This document shows, in pieces, positions 11,351 to 26,273 of a stretch of 64,000 nt of DNA (its first letter is position 1; every line of letters starts with the position of its first letter). Below the pieces are notes generated by a model that was given only the letters and a program-made list of their open reading frames with translations, was not told the DNA's origin and did no database searches. Where the stretch lies: NCBI RefSeq assembly GCF_009914755.1, contig NC_060947.1; one strand, written 5' to 3'. The DNA is from the human T2T-CHM13v2.0 reference genome, Homo sapiens. A program made the position numbers and the translations under genes.

Positions 11351-13163
11351 ATGATATCACATATGATCTTTTAGGCCAATTAATGTGCTTCTTATTTGAC
11401 CAGGGCATTAGAAAGCTGTAAAATTGTGCTCTCAACTAGCATTTGGTACATAGTTCTAGCATTTGAGTTGAATTCAGAATTGTAATGTTATAAATAGAGA
11501 ACTGAGAACCCATGCATGAATTGTCCGTTTGGTATAGACCTAGTCTCTTTTCCCCATTTCATGAGTGACATCATCTTTTCTTTCTCCATCTCTGTGTCTT
11601 GGAGCATGGTCTGGCCAAACTAATTTTGTAAATACCCTAAAGATGGAGCTTTGGACACTCCCTGATTGACAAAGCTCTCTGGAGCTTTTATACCTTCTCT
11701 CAGAAACACATAGTAACATTCTGGTTCCAAAGAGATGGTGTAGAGTTTGACTATTGATTCTTTGTCCTGCTTGCTTGCTTTTGTTCTGTTTGACCCCTTC
11801 CCTGATGCATTCCTGCTGGAGACAAACCCACATGCTGAACCATGGGGAACAGTCTGTAATGAAACAACAAGCTGCTCCCAATTTTAAATATTGCATGTTG
11901 GGGCAAAGGCAGAGTTCCTTTTCCTCTAAAGCTATAACATTAAAAAAATTCTGTTTGATATTCAGAGTTATTTGATCTGGCAGTTTAACAACTGTTGATG
12001 TTTTAATTGCTTCTTTAAAGGATTTCATCTACATTTCTAGGTTTATTTTTATTTTACTCTGAAGGAATGTCAATATTAGCCATCATTTTGCCCAGTAAGT
12101 TCCCATTGCAGGATCTTGGAGTAAAATCCAGTAATTACTGGAGCTGGTAACTTAAGACCCTGCTGAGAAATTTGGCAGCTTCACTTTTCCTGAGGAGGCA
12201 TCTCTCCCCATGGAGCTAGCAATCATTTATTGTTCTGAATCAATTTTAAGTGAGTTTTGTACCTTAGAGACCAGCTTTCTATGTTCCTTTGAAAGCTATT
12301 TAAATCATTCTTTTTGGGTGAAAGAGGAATGTTAAGTCATGTTAAGTCACTCTTTTTTTGTATGCACCTAATAAGAGCAACAAAGTAACTCTTAGACAAA
12401 TGTACAATTGTAAGATGTGCTAGCAAGAAAAATTTAGCAAGTTTATAATCCCTCAGGGTCTTACTTCATTTTTATTTGTCTATTCATAAGTTTATTTCCA
12501 AGACCAAATAGAATGTTTTGTTGGCGTGCTACTTACATGTATGCAGCTAGCCATTTGAATTCTCTCAACAAAACTACACACATTCAAAGCAGTTTAGAGA
12601 TGAAAGGGTCCTCTGAGATCATCTAGTCTAGCCTCTTCTAAATGCTTTAACCTTGTATTTATTAATAAAAGGAGAGCTGGATGAGCTTGCATCTTTGCTC
12701 TTCTGTCATATATCCTTTGAATTATTCCAATGAAAAAAATGTTTGTTAAATGCTTAGATGCTGAACCCAGTCTGAAGCAATTTGCTTCAGAAGGCATGGT
12801 TCTTAGAGTTTTGGAGCCTACACAGTAAAACCAATAGCACTGACATATTATATATTGTCTGTCACATTTTCTCTTCTGAAGTTTCTTTACACTCCATCAT
12901 CACCCCTACCAGGCCCCCTCCGCACACACACACACATAAACACACACACACACACACACACATATCTTGGGGAGATGAAAACAAATCTCTTAAACTTTTA
13001 TTTTTCTGCTTTGAAGCCACACTCCCAGAAAAGACTTTTTTTTAAAAAAAGTATTTTAAAAATTATTAAATTTTTAAAAATTTTTTTTGAAAATTTAAAT
13101 TAAAAAACTATATTATGGGTACATAATAGTTGTACATATGTATGGGGTACATGTGATATTTTG

Positions 13164-13453
13164 GTTTTTGTTTTGTTTTGAGACGGACTGTTGCCCAGGC
13201 TGGAGTGCAGTGGCGTGATCTCAGGTCACTGCAACCTTTGCCTCCCGGGTTAAAGTGATTCTCCTGCCTCAGTCTCCCGAGTAGCTGGGATTACAGGCGC
13301 CCACCACCATGCCTGGCTAATTTTTTTGTATTTTTTTTAAAGACGGGGTTTCCCATGTTGGGCAGGCTGGTGTCGAACTCCTGACCTCAAGTGATCCGCC
13401 CCTCTAGGCCTCCAAAAGTGTGAGATTACAGGCGTGAGCTACCACCCCCAGCC
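13164..13453 (-). mobile_element. Alu (AluS-like)
   Basis: Antisense Alu; TSD acatgtg(a/g)tattttg on both sides. Confidence 0.95.
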
Positions 13454-13679
13454 ACATGTGGTATTTTGATACAGGCACACAATGTGTAATGATCAAATCA
13501 GGGTAATTGGAATATCAGTCATCTCAAGCATTTATCTTTTTTGTGTTAGGAATATTCCAAATCAATTCTTCTAGTTATTTTGAAATATACAAGAATTATT
13601 GTTAACTATAATTGACCTATTGTACTACCAAACACTAGATATTATTCCTTTTATTCAACTGTATTTTTGTACCCATTAA

Positions 13680-13992
<313 letters not shown>

Positions 13993-15154
13993 CCCTCTTC
14001 TACTCTTTATCCACCCTCCCCACTAGCCTTCCCAGCCTCTGGTAACCAGATCATTTTACTCTATCACCATGAGTTCAATTTTTTTTTGTAGCTTCCACAT
14101 GTGAGTGAGAATGTGCAATGTTTGTCTTTCTGTGCCTGACTTATTTCATTTAACATGGTGATCTCCAGTTCCATCCATGTTGTTGCAAATGACAGGATCT
14201 CATTCTTTTTTATAGCTGAATAGGACTCCTTTTTGTTATAAGTACCACATCTTCTTTATCCATTTGTCTGTTGATGAACAGTTAGGTTGCTTCCAAATCT
14301 TGGCTATTGTGAATAGTGCTGCAATAAACATGGGAGAGCAGATATTTCTTCAATATACTGATTTCATTTCTTTTACACATATACCCAACAGTGAGATTGC
14401 TGGATCATATGGTAGTTCTATTTTTAGTTTTTTGAAGAACCTCTATACTGTTCTTCATAGTGGCTGTACTAACTTACATTCCCACAGCAGTGTACAAGAA
14501 TTGCCCTTTCTCTTTTACCCTTGTCAGGGATAATCAAAGGTTAAATGAAAGGACCAGCCAACTGATTGATGGGAGGGACACTGGTTAGGATAGTTGAGGA
14601 GAAGTGGACTTAGCCACAAGGTGTATTATTCAGCTTTCCCATATTTTTCCTTCCTTTACTCTATCTCCTCAACACTGGGAATATAAGACTTTTCACTCAT
14701 AGACTTAATGTCCAACAAACTTTTTGGGAAATGGAAGCAATTACTAGTTCAGCTGTCTGGTTCTTCCTCTGAATTTTTTTTTTTAATGCCGAAAACCCAG
14801 AAACTTCCAAATGAATCTCCTGGCCTTTTCTACTGGTTATTTCTTGTGCAGCTTCACTAGGCTTAAAAGGTCAGCCTCTTCATTGGGCCATGATGTTATG
14901 ATTGTAACTCTAGACTATTTTCTTCTTGGCATCCCTTCTCAATAGATAGCACTCAGTGATTGAAAGTGTAACAGATTGCTACTGTGTGAGGAATTTCAGA
15001 ATATAAACTATGGTAGTTAGAAAATGATATGGATATAGTATATGTTAGAACCCGTCTTTGCCTGGATCACTTTTCATGAGTCTTTTTCTGTTGATGTTGA
15101 CCCGTTCTAGCCCCTCCGAACCTAAGGTTTTTGTTTTTGTTTTCACTTGACTTA

Positions 15155-15292
15155 ACTAGACCATAAGCTCCATGAGGGAGGAGACTATCCTGTTTGCCTT
15201 ATTCACTGCTATAAATTTCCATATCTCATATGCCTAATATAATACTTGGCACATAGTAGGCATCCAATAAATATTTACTGACTGAATTAAAT
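15155..15292 (+). mobile_element. L2 3' end fragment
   Basis: actagaccataagctccatgaggg...cttggcacatagtaggcatccaataaatatttactgactgaa. Confidence 0.75.
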
Positions 15293-16269
15293 AGTCAGTA
15301 GTCTTGTCCTAGTTCCCGTATTTGCTACAGTAAGAGCCCTCTTGCTGAACTCTGCCTGGTTATTGATGAAACCAGGTCATCTATGTCTTCTGTTTATCTT
15401 TGAGTATAGACTATACCCCAGCAACTTCCAACAACCTTCTGGCAGCAATATTTTTCTGATTGCCCACTCTTAAAACTCTTCAAGTGCCCTCTTCTCACAC
15501 CAGATTTCTGTCCTAACTAACCATCCTACGTCATTTCTGACAAAATCTTTCCTTTATCTATTGTTCAAGATTATATGAGTTCAAAAATTTCTTACGATGT
15601 ACTGTACTTGCAGTCAGTCTCCTACTTGATGTCCTATAGAACACAAAGTTACATTTGCATAATAAGGGCCACCTCCTTTCTATCTCCCAGAAGGGCTACC
15701 CCAAATCATAAATAGTAAGAGGAATCTTTTGAGCACAAGGACAAAAAGAAGCAGGATAACTCCATTTTTTGAAAAGAAAATTTTAAAATATCACATTGAG
15801 ATGATGGTGTGAAAGTACTTTCCTGAAGTTAAATTTGCAAGTGTCTGCCTTCTTCTCTCCTCTGGGTATCACACTGACACATCTGCCATTCGAATTGGAT
15901 TTTGTGAAGCTTTTGAATTGTGAGTGACACAGAATGCTGTGGCTTTCAGAATGTCTTTGTATTGTTCCCTCCTGAGAGCTAGGATGATGGGATATATTAT
16001 GGTGGTGCTGTCTGTATTCTCAATCATCAGCGCAAATTGACAGCAGCACCATAAAGTCAGGTTTATTGGCACGCGTGCACGCACACACACATACACGCAC
16101 GCACACACACACACACCCCTACAGGTTGTTAGAGTACAAGTTCTACAGTATTTATGTAAAAGAAAAAAGAATACTTTTAGCTAAACGTAATGTCTTTTCT
16201 TCTCTGTATTTCCATGCATACCTGAGAACATAAAAGATATTCAATAAGTATGTGGAAAAGTTAAAATTG

Positions 16270-18357
16270 TTGCCTTGATGACAGTTTCATTTCTCAGGCT
16301 GTAGAATAATTCAAGCAAGGAATTGCTACTCTGGTCATAATTCTGAAAAGGAAGAAAGAACTGCTTGGTGAGATAGTGATGATAGGCACCTTGGGAGAAA
16401 GTGAGTGTGTCATACTAGAGTTTGTAATAATGAAGGAAGTAAGTGCTGCTGATGGTTCCACATCTATTATAGGCTTTACAAAAGCATATTTCAGAAATTA
16501 GGGAAATGAAAGATAGGTATGTCCCCCTTGTCTTGATATACTACATTTTTTTAAATGATAAGAGGCTTTCAAAGTTGAATACTCCTAATTTCTTGGCAAT
16601 AGAGAAGGAAAGGGAGTATCTAAAACAGTCATATTCAACATTTCCTGTGCCCTAACACACACCAGAAAGGACATGACATATGCCTAGTAATAGTGCTCAC
16701 TACAGAAGGTACAATAACACACATCACAATTTATAGAGAAGCATATGTATTTTGAATCCCCACCCAAAGGGCCATTCTCCTCTCCCTAGCCTCTACACAT
16801 GGTGTCATTGTTTTGTGTGACTGCACAGGAAGTTATTTGATAAGTTCAGATGTGACATGTTAAAAGGAAGAACATAGAACCAAGTACACATTCTAGACAA
16901 GGACATTATTCTATAAATAGTATCAGGAAAGTCAGAGCCTTGTAAAAAAAAATGTTAAGGACCACTAAATGTGTACATATATTTAGTTCTGTTTAGAGCA
17001 AGAACAAGGAAGAGCTAGGCCTACTTGGCATCCTGTTAAAAGTGACAGCTGGCAGAACTATTCAACCAGACTTCTGTATTAATGATATTGATGTTCAAAC
17101 AGAAAAGGGTGAATGGAACATGGTTAAGAAGGAATTTTTGAAGCTCAAGTTAGATGAGAAATTAGAAAAGAGATATCTATTCCCTTTGAGTCTCTAATCC
17201 CAGAAGAACTAGATCTAAGAGAAAAGAAAAAAAAATCTAGAGAAGAAAAACTAGATCTATGAGAAAGAAGCTGCAGAGATAGTCACAAAACTACTACTCC
17301 CAGTTTTTGAGATGTCATAAAGGGTAAATTCCAAAAGATAAAAGATGGACAAATTCCCTGATTTTCTCAGAGAGGAAGGTTGGGAGTGATTTGCTGAAGC
17401 TATGGATCTGTACACTTGACAATTACTCCCAGCATAATTCTAAAATGTATTTTCAATGAGATGCTTTATAGACATTCATTAAAGAAAATAATGGCCACTG
17501 GGACCTCCAAGTTGGTTCTCTAAGAAGTCATTAAGAAAATAATATTTATGTGTCATTTCTTGATAGGATCACTAAACTAGACTTTAAGGGCAAGACATCA
17601 TAAAATAGGGATCCAGTAAGATAATTAATCCTATATCTTGTGTTATCCTTGTAGAGACCAGGACATAAGAGAAGACTGATAGCAGTTGGAGGAATTTACC
17701 TTGGTTGAACTCTGTGTATTCATTTCAATGTAGAGGGAATTACTGAGTAGCTTACCATAGAGCTCTGTCCTGTTCAACACTTTCATCAATAACTTGGACA
17801 AAGATATAAAAAGTATATATATATATATATAATTATTGGATTATACAAAATTAGAAACAACAGATAACATATGCATGACAAATGGCTTGTCTGGTATCAA
17901 CCAAGGCAAGGTACCATACTTCAGGAATCACTGGAAAATATTGCATCTGGAGGAAGGTTTTACTTAGGGGCTGAAAACCATATCTGATGAAGAATGGGGA
18001 TTTTTTAGCTTTGCAAATAAAAGACTTTAGTGGGACATGGTAGTGGTCTTTAAATATTAGAAAAAATGGTATATGTAGGAGAAATTAGAATGATGAGGGA
18101 ATAGTTGGAACTGAGTGGAGGATATATAGGAAGGAAGATTTTGGCTTAGTTTAGGACAATTTTCTAACATTTTTTTCTGTTTAACATAGTAGTGGTCTGT
18201 TTAATAAGTTAGTGAGCTCCTTCCCTATCAATAGAGGAATTCAAGCAGAAGCTAGACAACCATCTTTTGGAGTGATTGTTAATGTGATTCTTTCCTTAGA
18301 GGAAGATTTAGACAAGATGAGTTCTGAAATCTCTTCCAACTCTGAGATTTTATGATT
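16270..18357 (+). mobile_element. L3/CR1 LINE, ~2 kb degraded ORF2 + 3'UTR
   Basis: Translations GTLGESECVILEF (end of CR1 EN) at ~16385 and SLP*SSVLFNTFINNLDKDI (cf. CR1 RT motif [21 protein letters not shown]) at ~17750; 3' end ...ttccaactctgagattttatgatt. Confidence 0.8.
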
Positions 18358-18612
18358 ACTATCTCTACTGGCAGTTTTTCTTGTTAACAACTGTGTCCAT
18401 CATAATTTTCAAAGGGAAAGTCAGTAATCCTGAAAATTACATCACAGATATCCTGTTTATAAAACTTTTCCCCCCAAATGTTTATTTTCCATCTTCTCAT
18501 ATCTTCCTTCCTTTCTTTCCTTCCCATTACCCATTTAAAGGCATATTCAATTAGTAATACACCTGTAGTGATAATCAGAGCCCTACTTATTTATACCTTC
18601 TACAATTATTTG

Positions 18613-18974
<362 letters not shown>

Positions 18975-19489
18975 TAAATTTGCTTGCTCTTTTCTTTTGT
19001 ATGTATGTGTTTGGAGAAAAAAACTTTACAACATTTTTAACAGAATAAGTCAATATTTATTTTGAAAAAGTGATATACTGCTTAGTCTCCACCATCCACC
19101 CAGTAAAACAATCTGTCTTCTAGAAGTATCAAGTACTGTTTTATCATTTAGGATGTCACCTGAAAAGATTAAGGATAGTCCAAGCATTCTAGTATCCCCT
19201 ATTAAATGACTATGGATTTATCTCTTGTCTATAAATGTATACAATTTTTCTTGAACCTTTTTTACCCATTTCTATTTTCAGCCTAAATCATTTCTAAGTA
19301 TAATGATGATAATGAACTCATAAATTTTTGATAAAGTAGTATGCATTTTCTTCCACACAAGTGTTTGGCATTGTTGCATATCTCTTTTAAGTGGATAATT
19401 CAACAGTTATTAAGCCCCTACTATGTGTTAGGCAGTTTTATATCTATTATTAAAGTGCTTATGAAGTAGATGGAATTACTCATAGATTT

Positions 19490-19635
19490 GGGTTTTTTTA
19501 ATTAATTATTTTTTTTTTTAGAAACAAGGTCTTGCTACGTTGCCCAGGCTGGCCTCAAACTCCTGGATTCAAGTAATCCTTCTGCCTCAGCCTCCTGAGT
19601 ATCTGGGGCTATAGGCACACTCCATTGCACCCACC
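19490..19635 (-). mobile_element. FLAM / Alu monomer
   Basis: Single monomer gttgcccaggctggcctcaaactcctgg...cagcctcctgagta; flanks tactcatagattt / tactaataggttt. Confidence 0.8.
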
Positions 19636-19639
19636 TACT

Positions 19640-19711
19640 AATAGGTTTTAACTTTGGTTTTCAGTGGGTTATCTATAATATGCTAGGTAAAGGAGAGAGA
19701 GAGAGAGAGAG

Positions 19712-19768
<57 letters not shown>

Positions 19769-20904
19769 CAGTCTTCCTAGGGGTTTACTGTACTTCTTGA
19801 ATCTTTAATCTATACATTTATATCTTTGACCAAATTTGGGGAAATTTTGACCATTTCTTCAAATATTTTTCTACCCCATTTTCTCTCTCCTCTCCTTCTA
19901 AGATTTCAATTACATATGTGTTTGAACCTTAGCTTTCATCTTACAGGTCCCTGAGGCTCTGCTTATTTTTTCCAATCTTTTTCCTTCCTATTGTCTAAGT
20001 TGGACTTTTCTGTGAATCTATCACGTTCACTGACTATTTTGTCATTTCCATTCTGCTAAGTCTGAGGGTGAACTTTTATCTCAAATATTGGATTTTTCTG
20101 TTTCAATTTTTTCTTTCTTTTTCAGTTACTATTTCTTTGTTGAGATTTTCTGTCTTTTACTTTATGCAGATATGTTTTCCTTTATACGCTGAAGCATAAT
20201 TAACAATAGCTGCCTTAAAATCTTGTCTGCTGATTTCAATGTATGTATCACTTCAGAGTTGGTCTCTGTTAGAATGAGTAACATTTTCTAGTTTTTTTCA
20301 TATGTTGAATGTGAAAAAACATATTGTATACTGGATACTATGAAAGATTGTATACTACATACTTTGTATTATATACTGGGTACTATAAAAGATTGTGTTA
20401 TAGACCCTCTGGATTCTGTTACATTCCTCAAAAGAGTATTTTTTTAAGCAAGCATTTAACTTGGCTGAACTCAAATTATAAACCCTCTCTCCCCTGCAGT
20501 GGGAAGTAGCTCAAATCTATGTTCAGAACTTTTATGTTTAGCTGGGCTGCTTGTAGTCTGCCCTGCACATGTACAGTTCAAGTGTTAGCCAGCGATTCAG
20601 ACAGAATCTATATCCAGAATTTAGGATCACCTCTGGCTTTCTGCTTTCTAGGATTTCTCCCTCACTTTCCAATAGCTGTAGATGCCCACTCTGTCCTCCA
20701 GTTCTTTAAACCAGTGGGAATGCAGATTTCTATCTGAGTTCTACACACTCCATGAGATGCTAAAAGCCATTTTTAGAAACAGAAAACTCACTCAATTTCC
20801 CTTATTTTAAATGTCAACTCCCCTCTCATGTGTTCCATCTGTATGCTTGTTTTATTCTCCAGTGCTTTCAGGTAGCTTTTTACTTTTTCTTTTATCCAGA
20901 GTTA
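19640..20904 (-). mobile_element. Old L1M 5' region/ORF1 fragment; continues past Tigger1 at ~23575-23640
   Basis: ccaaatttggggaaattttgaccatttcttcaaatattttttct...ctctctcctctccttct, typical antisense L1M ORF1. Confidence 0.65.
19693..19766. repeat. Compound (GA)n(GT)n microsatellite
   Basis: Seen directly. Confidence 0.95.
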
Positions 20905-23560
20905 CAGGCACACCTCAGAGATATATTGTGGGTTTGTTTCCAAGCAACCAGAATAAAACTAATATCATAATAAAATGAGTCATATGAATTTGGGGGTTGC
21001 CCAGTAAGTATAAAAGTTATGTTTACATGATACTATAGTCTGTTAAGTGTGCAATAGCAATATGTCCAAAAAAACAAACTACATACCTTAACTCAAAAAT
21101 AGTTTGTTGCTAAAAAATGCTACCAATCAGCTGAGCCTTCAGTCATAATCTTTTTGCTGGTGAAGAGTCGTGCCTTGATGTTGATGGCAGCTGACTGCTC
21201 GGGGCAGTGGTTGCTGAAGGTTGAGGTGGCTGTGGCACTTTCTTAAAATAAGACAACAATAAAGTTCGCTGCATCAATTGACTATTGTTTTCACAAAAGA
21301 TTTCACTGTAACGTGATGCTGTTTGATAGCATTTTAACTATAGTAGAACTTCTTTCAAAATTGTGTTAAATCCTCTCATTGTCATTCCAACAGTGTTCAC
21401 AGCATCTTCACCAGGATTAGATCCTATCTCAAGAAACAACTTCCTTTGCTAATCCATAAGAAGCAACTTCTTATGTGTTCAAGTTTTATCATGAGATTGC
21501 AGCAATTCAGTCACATCTTTGGGCTTCAGTTATAATTCTAGATCTCTTGCTGTTTCCACCACATTTGCAGTTACTTCCTCCACTGAAGTCTTGAACCCCT
21601 CAAAGTCATCAATGAGGGTTAGACGCAACTTCTTCTAACCTTGTATTAATGTTGATATTTTGACCTGCTTCCATGAGTCATGAATATGCTTAATGGATCT
21701 AGAATGGTGAATCCTTTCTGGAAGGTTCTTTACTTACTCTGCCCCAATACATCAGAGGAATTACCATCTATGGCAGCTGTGGCCTTATGAAATGTATTTC
21801 TTGAATAATAAGACATGAAGGTTGAAATTACTCCTTGATCCACAGGCTGCAGAATGGGTGTTGTGTTAGTAGACATGAAAACATTTATCTCCTAGTACAT
21901 CTCCATCAGAGCTCTTGGGTGACCAGGCATATTGTCCATGAGCAGTAGTATTTTGAATGGAATCTTTTATTTTTCTGAGCAGTAGGTCTCAATACTGGAC
22001 TTAAAATTTCAATAAACCATGCTGCAAGCAGATATGCTGTCATTCAGGCTTTTTTGTTCCATTTCTAGAGCTGAGCAGGATGGATTTAACATAATTCTTT
22101 TTCTTTTCTTTTTTTTTTTTTTTTGAGACAGGGTCTCACTCTGTTGCCCAGGCTGGAGTATAGTGGCATTATCTTGACTCACGCAACTTCTGCCTCCCAG
22201 GTTCAAGCAATTCTCCCACCTCAGCCTCCTGAGTAGCTGGGACTACAGTCACACACCATCACACTCGTCTAATTTTTGTATTTTTAGTAGGGACAGGGTT
22301 TCACCATGTTGGCCAGGCTGGTTTTCAACTCCTGATCTCAGGTGATCTAACTGCCTCAGCCTCCCAAAGTGCTGGGATTACAGGCATGAGCCACCACACC
22401 CGGTGAAGATTTAGCATAATTCTTAAGGGCCTGTGATTTTTGGAAAGGTAAATTAGAATTGGCTTCAACTTAAAATCACCAGCTGCTTTAACCCCTAATA
22501 ACAAGAGTCAGCCAATCCTTTGAAACTTTGAAATCAGGCATTGACTTCTCCTCTCTAGCTATGAAAGTCCTAGATAGCATCTTCTTCCAATACAGGATTA
22601 TTTTGTCTGCATTGAAAATCTGATGTTTAATGTAGCAACCTTCATCAATTGTCTTGGCTAGATTTTTCTGGATAACCTGCTGCAGCATCTATGTCAGCAC
22701 CTACTGCTTCATGTTGCACTTTTGTTACTGGAGACAGATTCTTTCCTTAAGCCGCAAGAACCAACCTTTGCTACCTTCCAACTTTTCTTCTGCAGCTTCC
22801 TCACTTCTTTCAGCCTTCACAGAGTTGAAGAGAGTTAGGGCCTTGCTCTGGATTAGGCTTTGGCTTAAAGAAATGTTGTAGCTGGTTTGATCTTCTATCC
22901 AGGCCACTAAAACTTTCTCCATATCGGCAATAAGGCTGTTTTTCTTTCTTATCATTTGTGTGTTCATTGGAGTAGTGCTTTAAATTTCCTTCAAACACTT
23001 TTCCTTTGCATTCATAACTTGGCTAACTCCTTGGTACAAGAGGCCTAGCTTTAAGCCTATCTCGGCTTTCAACATGCCTTTCTCACTAAACTTAACGATT
23101 TCTAGCTTTTGATTTAACATGAGAGTTGTGCCACTCTCCCTTTCACTGACACTTAGAAGTGATTGTAGGTTTATTAATTGGCCTATTTTCAATGTTGTTG
23201 TGTCTCTGGGAATAGGAAGGCCTGAGGAGAGGCAAAGAGATGGGGGAACAGCTGGTTGTTGGGTAAGTCAGAATACACACAATATTTTTTAATTAAGTTT
23301 TCTCTCTTATATGGGTGCAGTTTGTAGTGACCCAAAACAATTACCCTAGTAACATCAAAGATCACTGATCACAGCTCATTATAACAGATATCATAATTAT
23401 GAAAACTTTTGAAATATTGTGAGAAATACCAAAATGTGACACAGAGACCCAAAGTGAGCACATGCTGTTAGAAAACCAACACCAATAGATTTGCTCAAGG
23501 TAGGTTTGCCACAAACATCTAATTTGTTTAAAACGCAGTATGTGTGAAGCATATTAAAGC
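20905..23560 (-). mobile_element. Tigger1 (TcMar-Tigger/pogo) DNA transposon, near full length, decayed transposase, one terminus lost
   Basis: TA + caggcacacctcagagatatattgtgggttt terminus; transposase remnants [90 protein letters not shown]. Confidence 0.92.
22099..22405 (-). mobile_element. Alu (AluS-like) inserted in Tigger1
   Basis: TSD gattta(a/g)cataattctt. Confidence 0.95.
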
Positions 23561-23664
23561 TACTGTCAGATCAAGCCTCTTGCAGATAATAACTGTATTG
23601 ATCTGACAGGAGCTTACATGGCCATGATTAGAAGTGGAGCCATCCTGTAATATATCTACTCAAC

Positions 23665-23790
23665 ATGTTTTAGAAGAGAATACTGAGGCCCAGAAAGATT
23701 AAGCGACCTTCCCAGTGTCACATGACTAGAAAATAATAGAGCTAAAGTTTAAATATAGGCTTTCTGGCTCCTGATCCAGAGCATTTCCAC
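23665..23790 (-). mobile_element. MIR fragment
   Basis: ttttagaagagaatactgaggcccagaaagattaagcgacc. Confidence 0.6.
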
Positions 23791-23814
23791 ATGTTACTTT
23801 TTATAATTTACCTT

Positions 23815-24085
23815 TTAATTTTATTTTTAATTGACATGTTATAATTATACATATTTTTGGGGTCCATAGTGATGTTTCAATACATATAATGTATAGTGAT
23901 CAGATCAGGGTAATTAGCATATCTGTCCTCTCAAACATTTATCATTTCTTTGTGTTGGGAAATTCAGCATCCCCCTTCTAGCTATTTGGAACTATATAAT
24001 AAATTATTATTAACTATAGACATCTTAACGGTGGTATAGAAGACTAGAACTTACTCCTCCCAGCTATAATTTTATATCCTTTAGA
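23815..24085 (-). mobile_element. L1MA-type 3' terminal fragment
   Basis: gtatagtgatcagatcagggtaattagcatatc...caaacatttatcatttctttgtgttggg. Confidence 0.8.
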
Positions 24086-24646
24086 TATCAGTAATATTCT
24101 TTCTCAGGCATTATTCTCCCAGATGGGTAAGTCCTGATTCTTTTGTCTCTCCTCATATAATACCAATTACTCCCATTACCTTAATGAGTTTTCCTTGTAG
24201 ATGTCCACTAAACATTTTCCAACTTCCTTCTAATCTTTTTTAGGTTTCCACTGTTTTCCAGTATTGGCTTTCATTACATAAAAAGAGGAAAGTGTCTCTT
24301 GATTTCTTTCCAATGACCTTTTTGAATTATATCCCAGCAACATCTTCAGGGAATGGTTTTTGAGGCTTTAAATATGATTTCTTTGTTAAAAGTAGAAGCT
24401 TAGAAACTGTAATCTTACATAATTCAGATTATTCTCCTCCTAAATATGTTACTTTATTCACCCTTATAGGAAATTTTACCTTTTCTATCCTCTCATAAGT
24501 CTCATTAGGCCTTTCTTTTTGTAATGTTTCCCATTTGTTGTAGCCTTTCATATAGAAAGAACTTTATGTCCTCTGTAATCTTAAACCCATGTTCTTCCAG
24601 ATCACTAGCAAAAATGTTAAGATAGACTGTGTGGTATTGTGAATTA

Positions 24647-24945
<299 letters not shown>

Positions 24946-24974
24946 TCATGACAGGTGTACATATATGCAAAAAC

Positions 24975-25225
24975 TATTTATTGAGTGCCTACTCTGCACT
25001 GGTCACTTTGCTGGGTGCTGAAGGTATAATAATGAGCAAGACAGACATAGTCCTTGCCTTCCTAGGGCTTTTATGGTCCAGTAGAGAAGTCAGACAACTA
25101 AACAAGCAATAAAAAATAAAAACTAAGTGTGGACATGGGAGGAAGTGCAGGGTGCTATGGAAGCACGTAACAGTAGAATCTAACCTGTCTGGGGCGGGAG
25201 AGGGCAGAGAAAACCCTCCAGATTA
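24975..25225 (-). mobile_element. L2 fragment
   Basis: tatttattgagtgcctactctgcactgg...agacatagtccttgccttcc...acaactaaacaagcaat. Confidence 0.7.
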
Positions 25226-25229
25226 AGAC

Positions 25230-25560
25230 AGATTCTGATCCCAGTTCTGCTGCAACCTTATGTGGCTTTCTTGTCGGTGCTCCTCTCTTGGCCTCAGTTT
25301 TCTCTGAGTAAATAAAGTTGTTGAACAAGATAGTCTTCAACATCTTTTCCAATTAGTTAATTCTGCAGTTTCAGTAGTGATGCATGATACCGTTAAGTGC
25401 AGACTTTGAAGGCAGATACACCTGAGTTTTATACTCTCTCGACCCCAACTTCCACATCTACAAAATGGGAATAATGACTACTTCAGGGTACTGGTATGAG
25501 AATTAAATGAGATCAGTTATGCAAGGCTGAAGTTACAGAGAGGACACAGATTAAACATGA
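25230..25560 (+). mobile_element. Two adjacent MIR fragments
   Basis: ggcctcagttttctctgagtaaataaag and cacatctacaaaatgggaataat...tgagaattaaatgaga. Confidence 0.6.
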
Positions 25561-25622
25561 GCCATTTTCCTTTTATGCCAATTTCAATAAATAAGCAACT
25601 TAAAGCATTATCTTTGAAGTAA

Positions 25623-26043
<421 letters not shown>

Positions 26044-26273
26044 TAATCTCTTTTCTTATGGGTACTTTATTGAAAAATTTGAGAAGCACTGTGTGAAAGT
26101 ACCTAGTATGGTGCCTGGTATAATAATACTCTTTATTGAGTTCATAATAGGAACTCAATAAATGATAGATCTGGGGAGTGCTCATCATTACATTTTTTAA
26201 TATCTAGATCAGTCTCCTTTGTTTATTGTCCTTAAAATTGTTCTCCTGGTCCTACAACTTCTGTGTTAACTCA

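Noticed and set aside
11540-12028. 162-aa ORF in unique sequence
   Set aside because: No recognisable domain, homology or splice context; compatible with chance
13035-13110. AT-only quasi-palindromic stretch
   Set aside because: Degenerate polyA/T tail region of the adjacent L1MA; low complexity makes symmetry trivial
22488-23192. Tigger transposase ORFs as a domesticated TIGD-like gene
   Set aside because: Fragmented by stops and frameshifts and interrupted by an Alu
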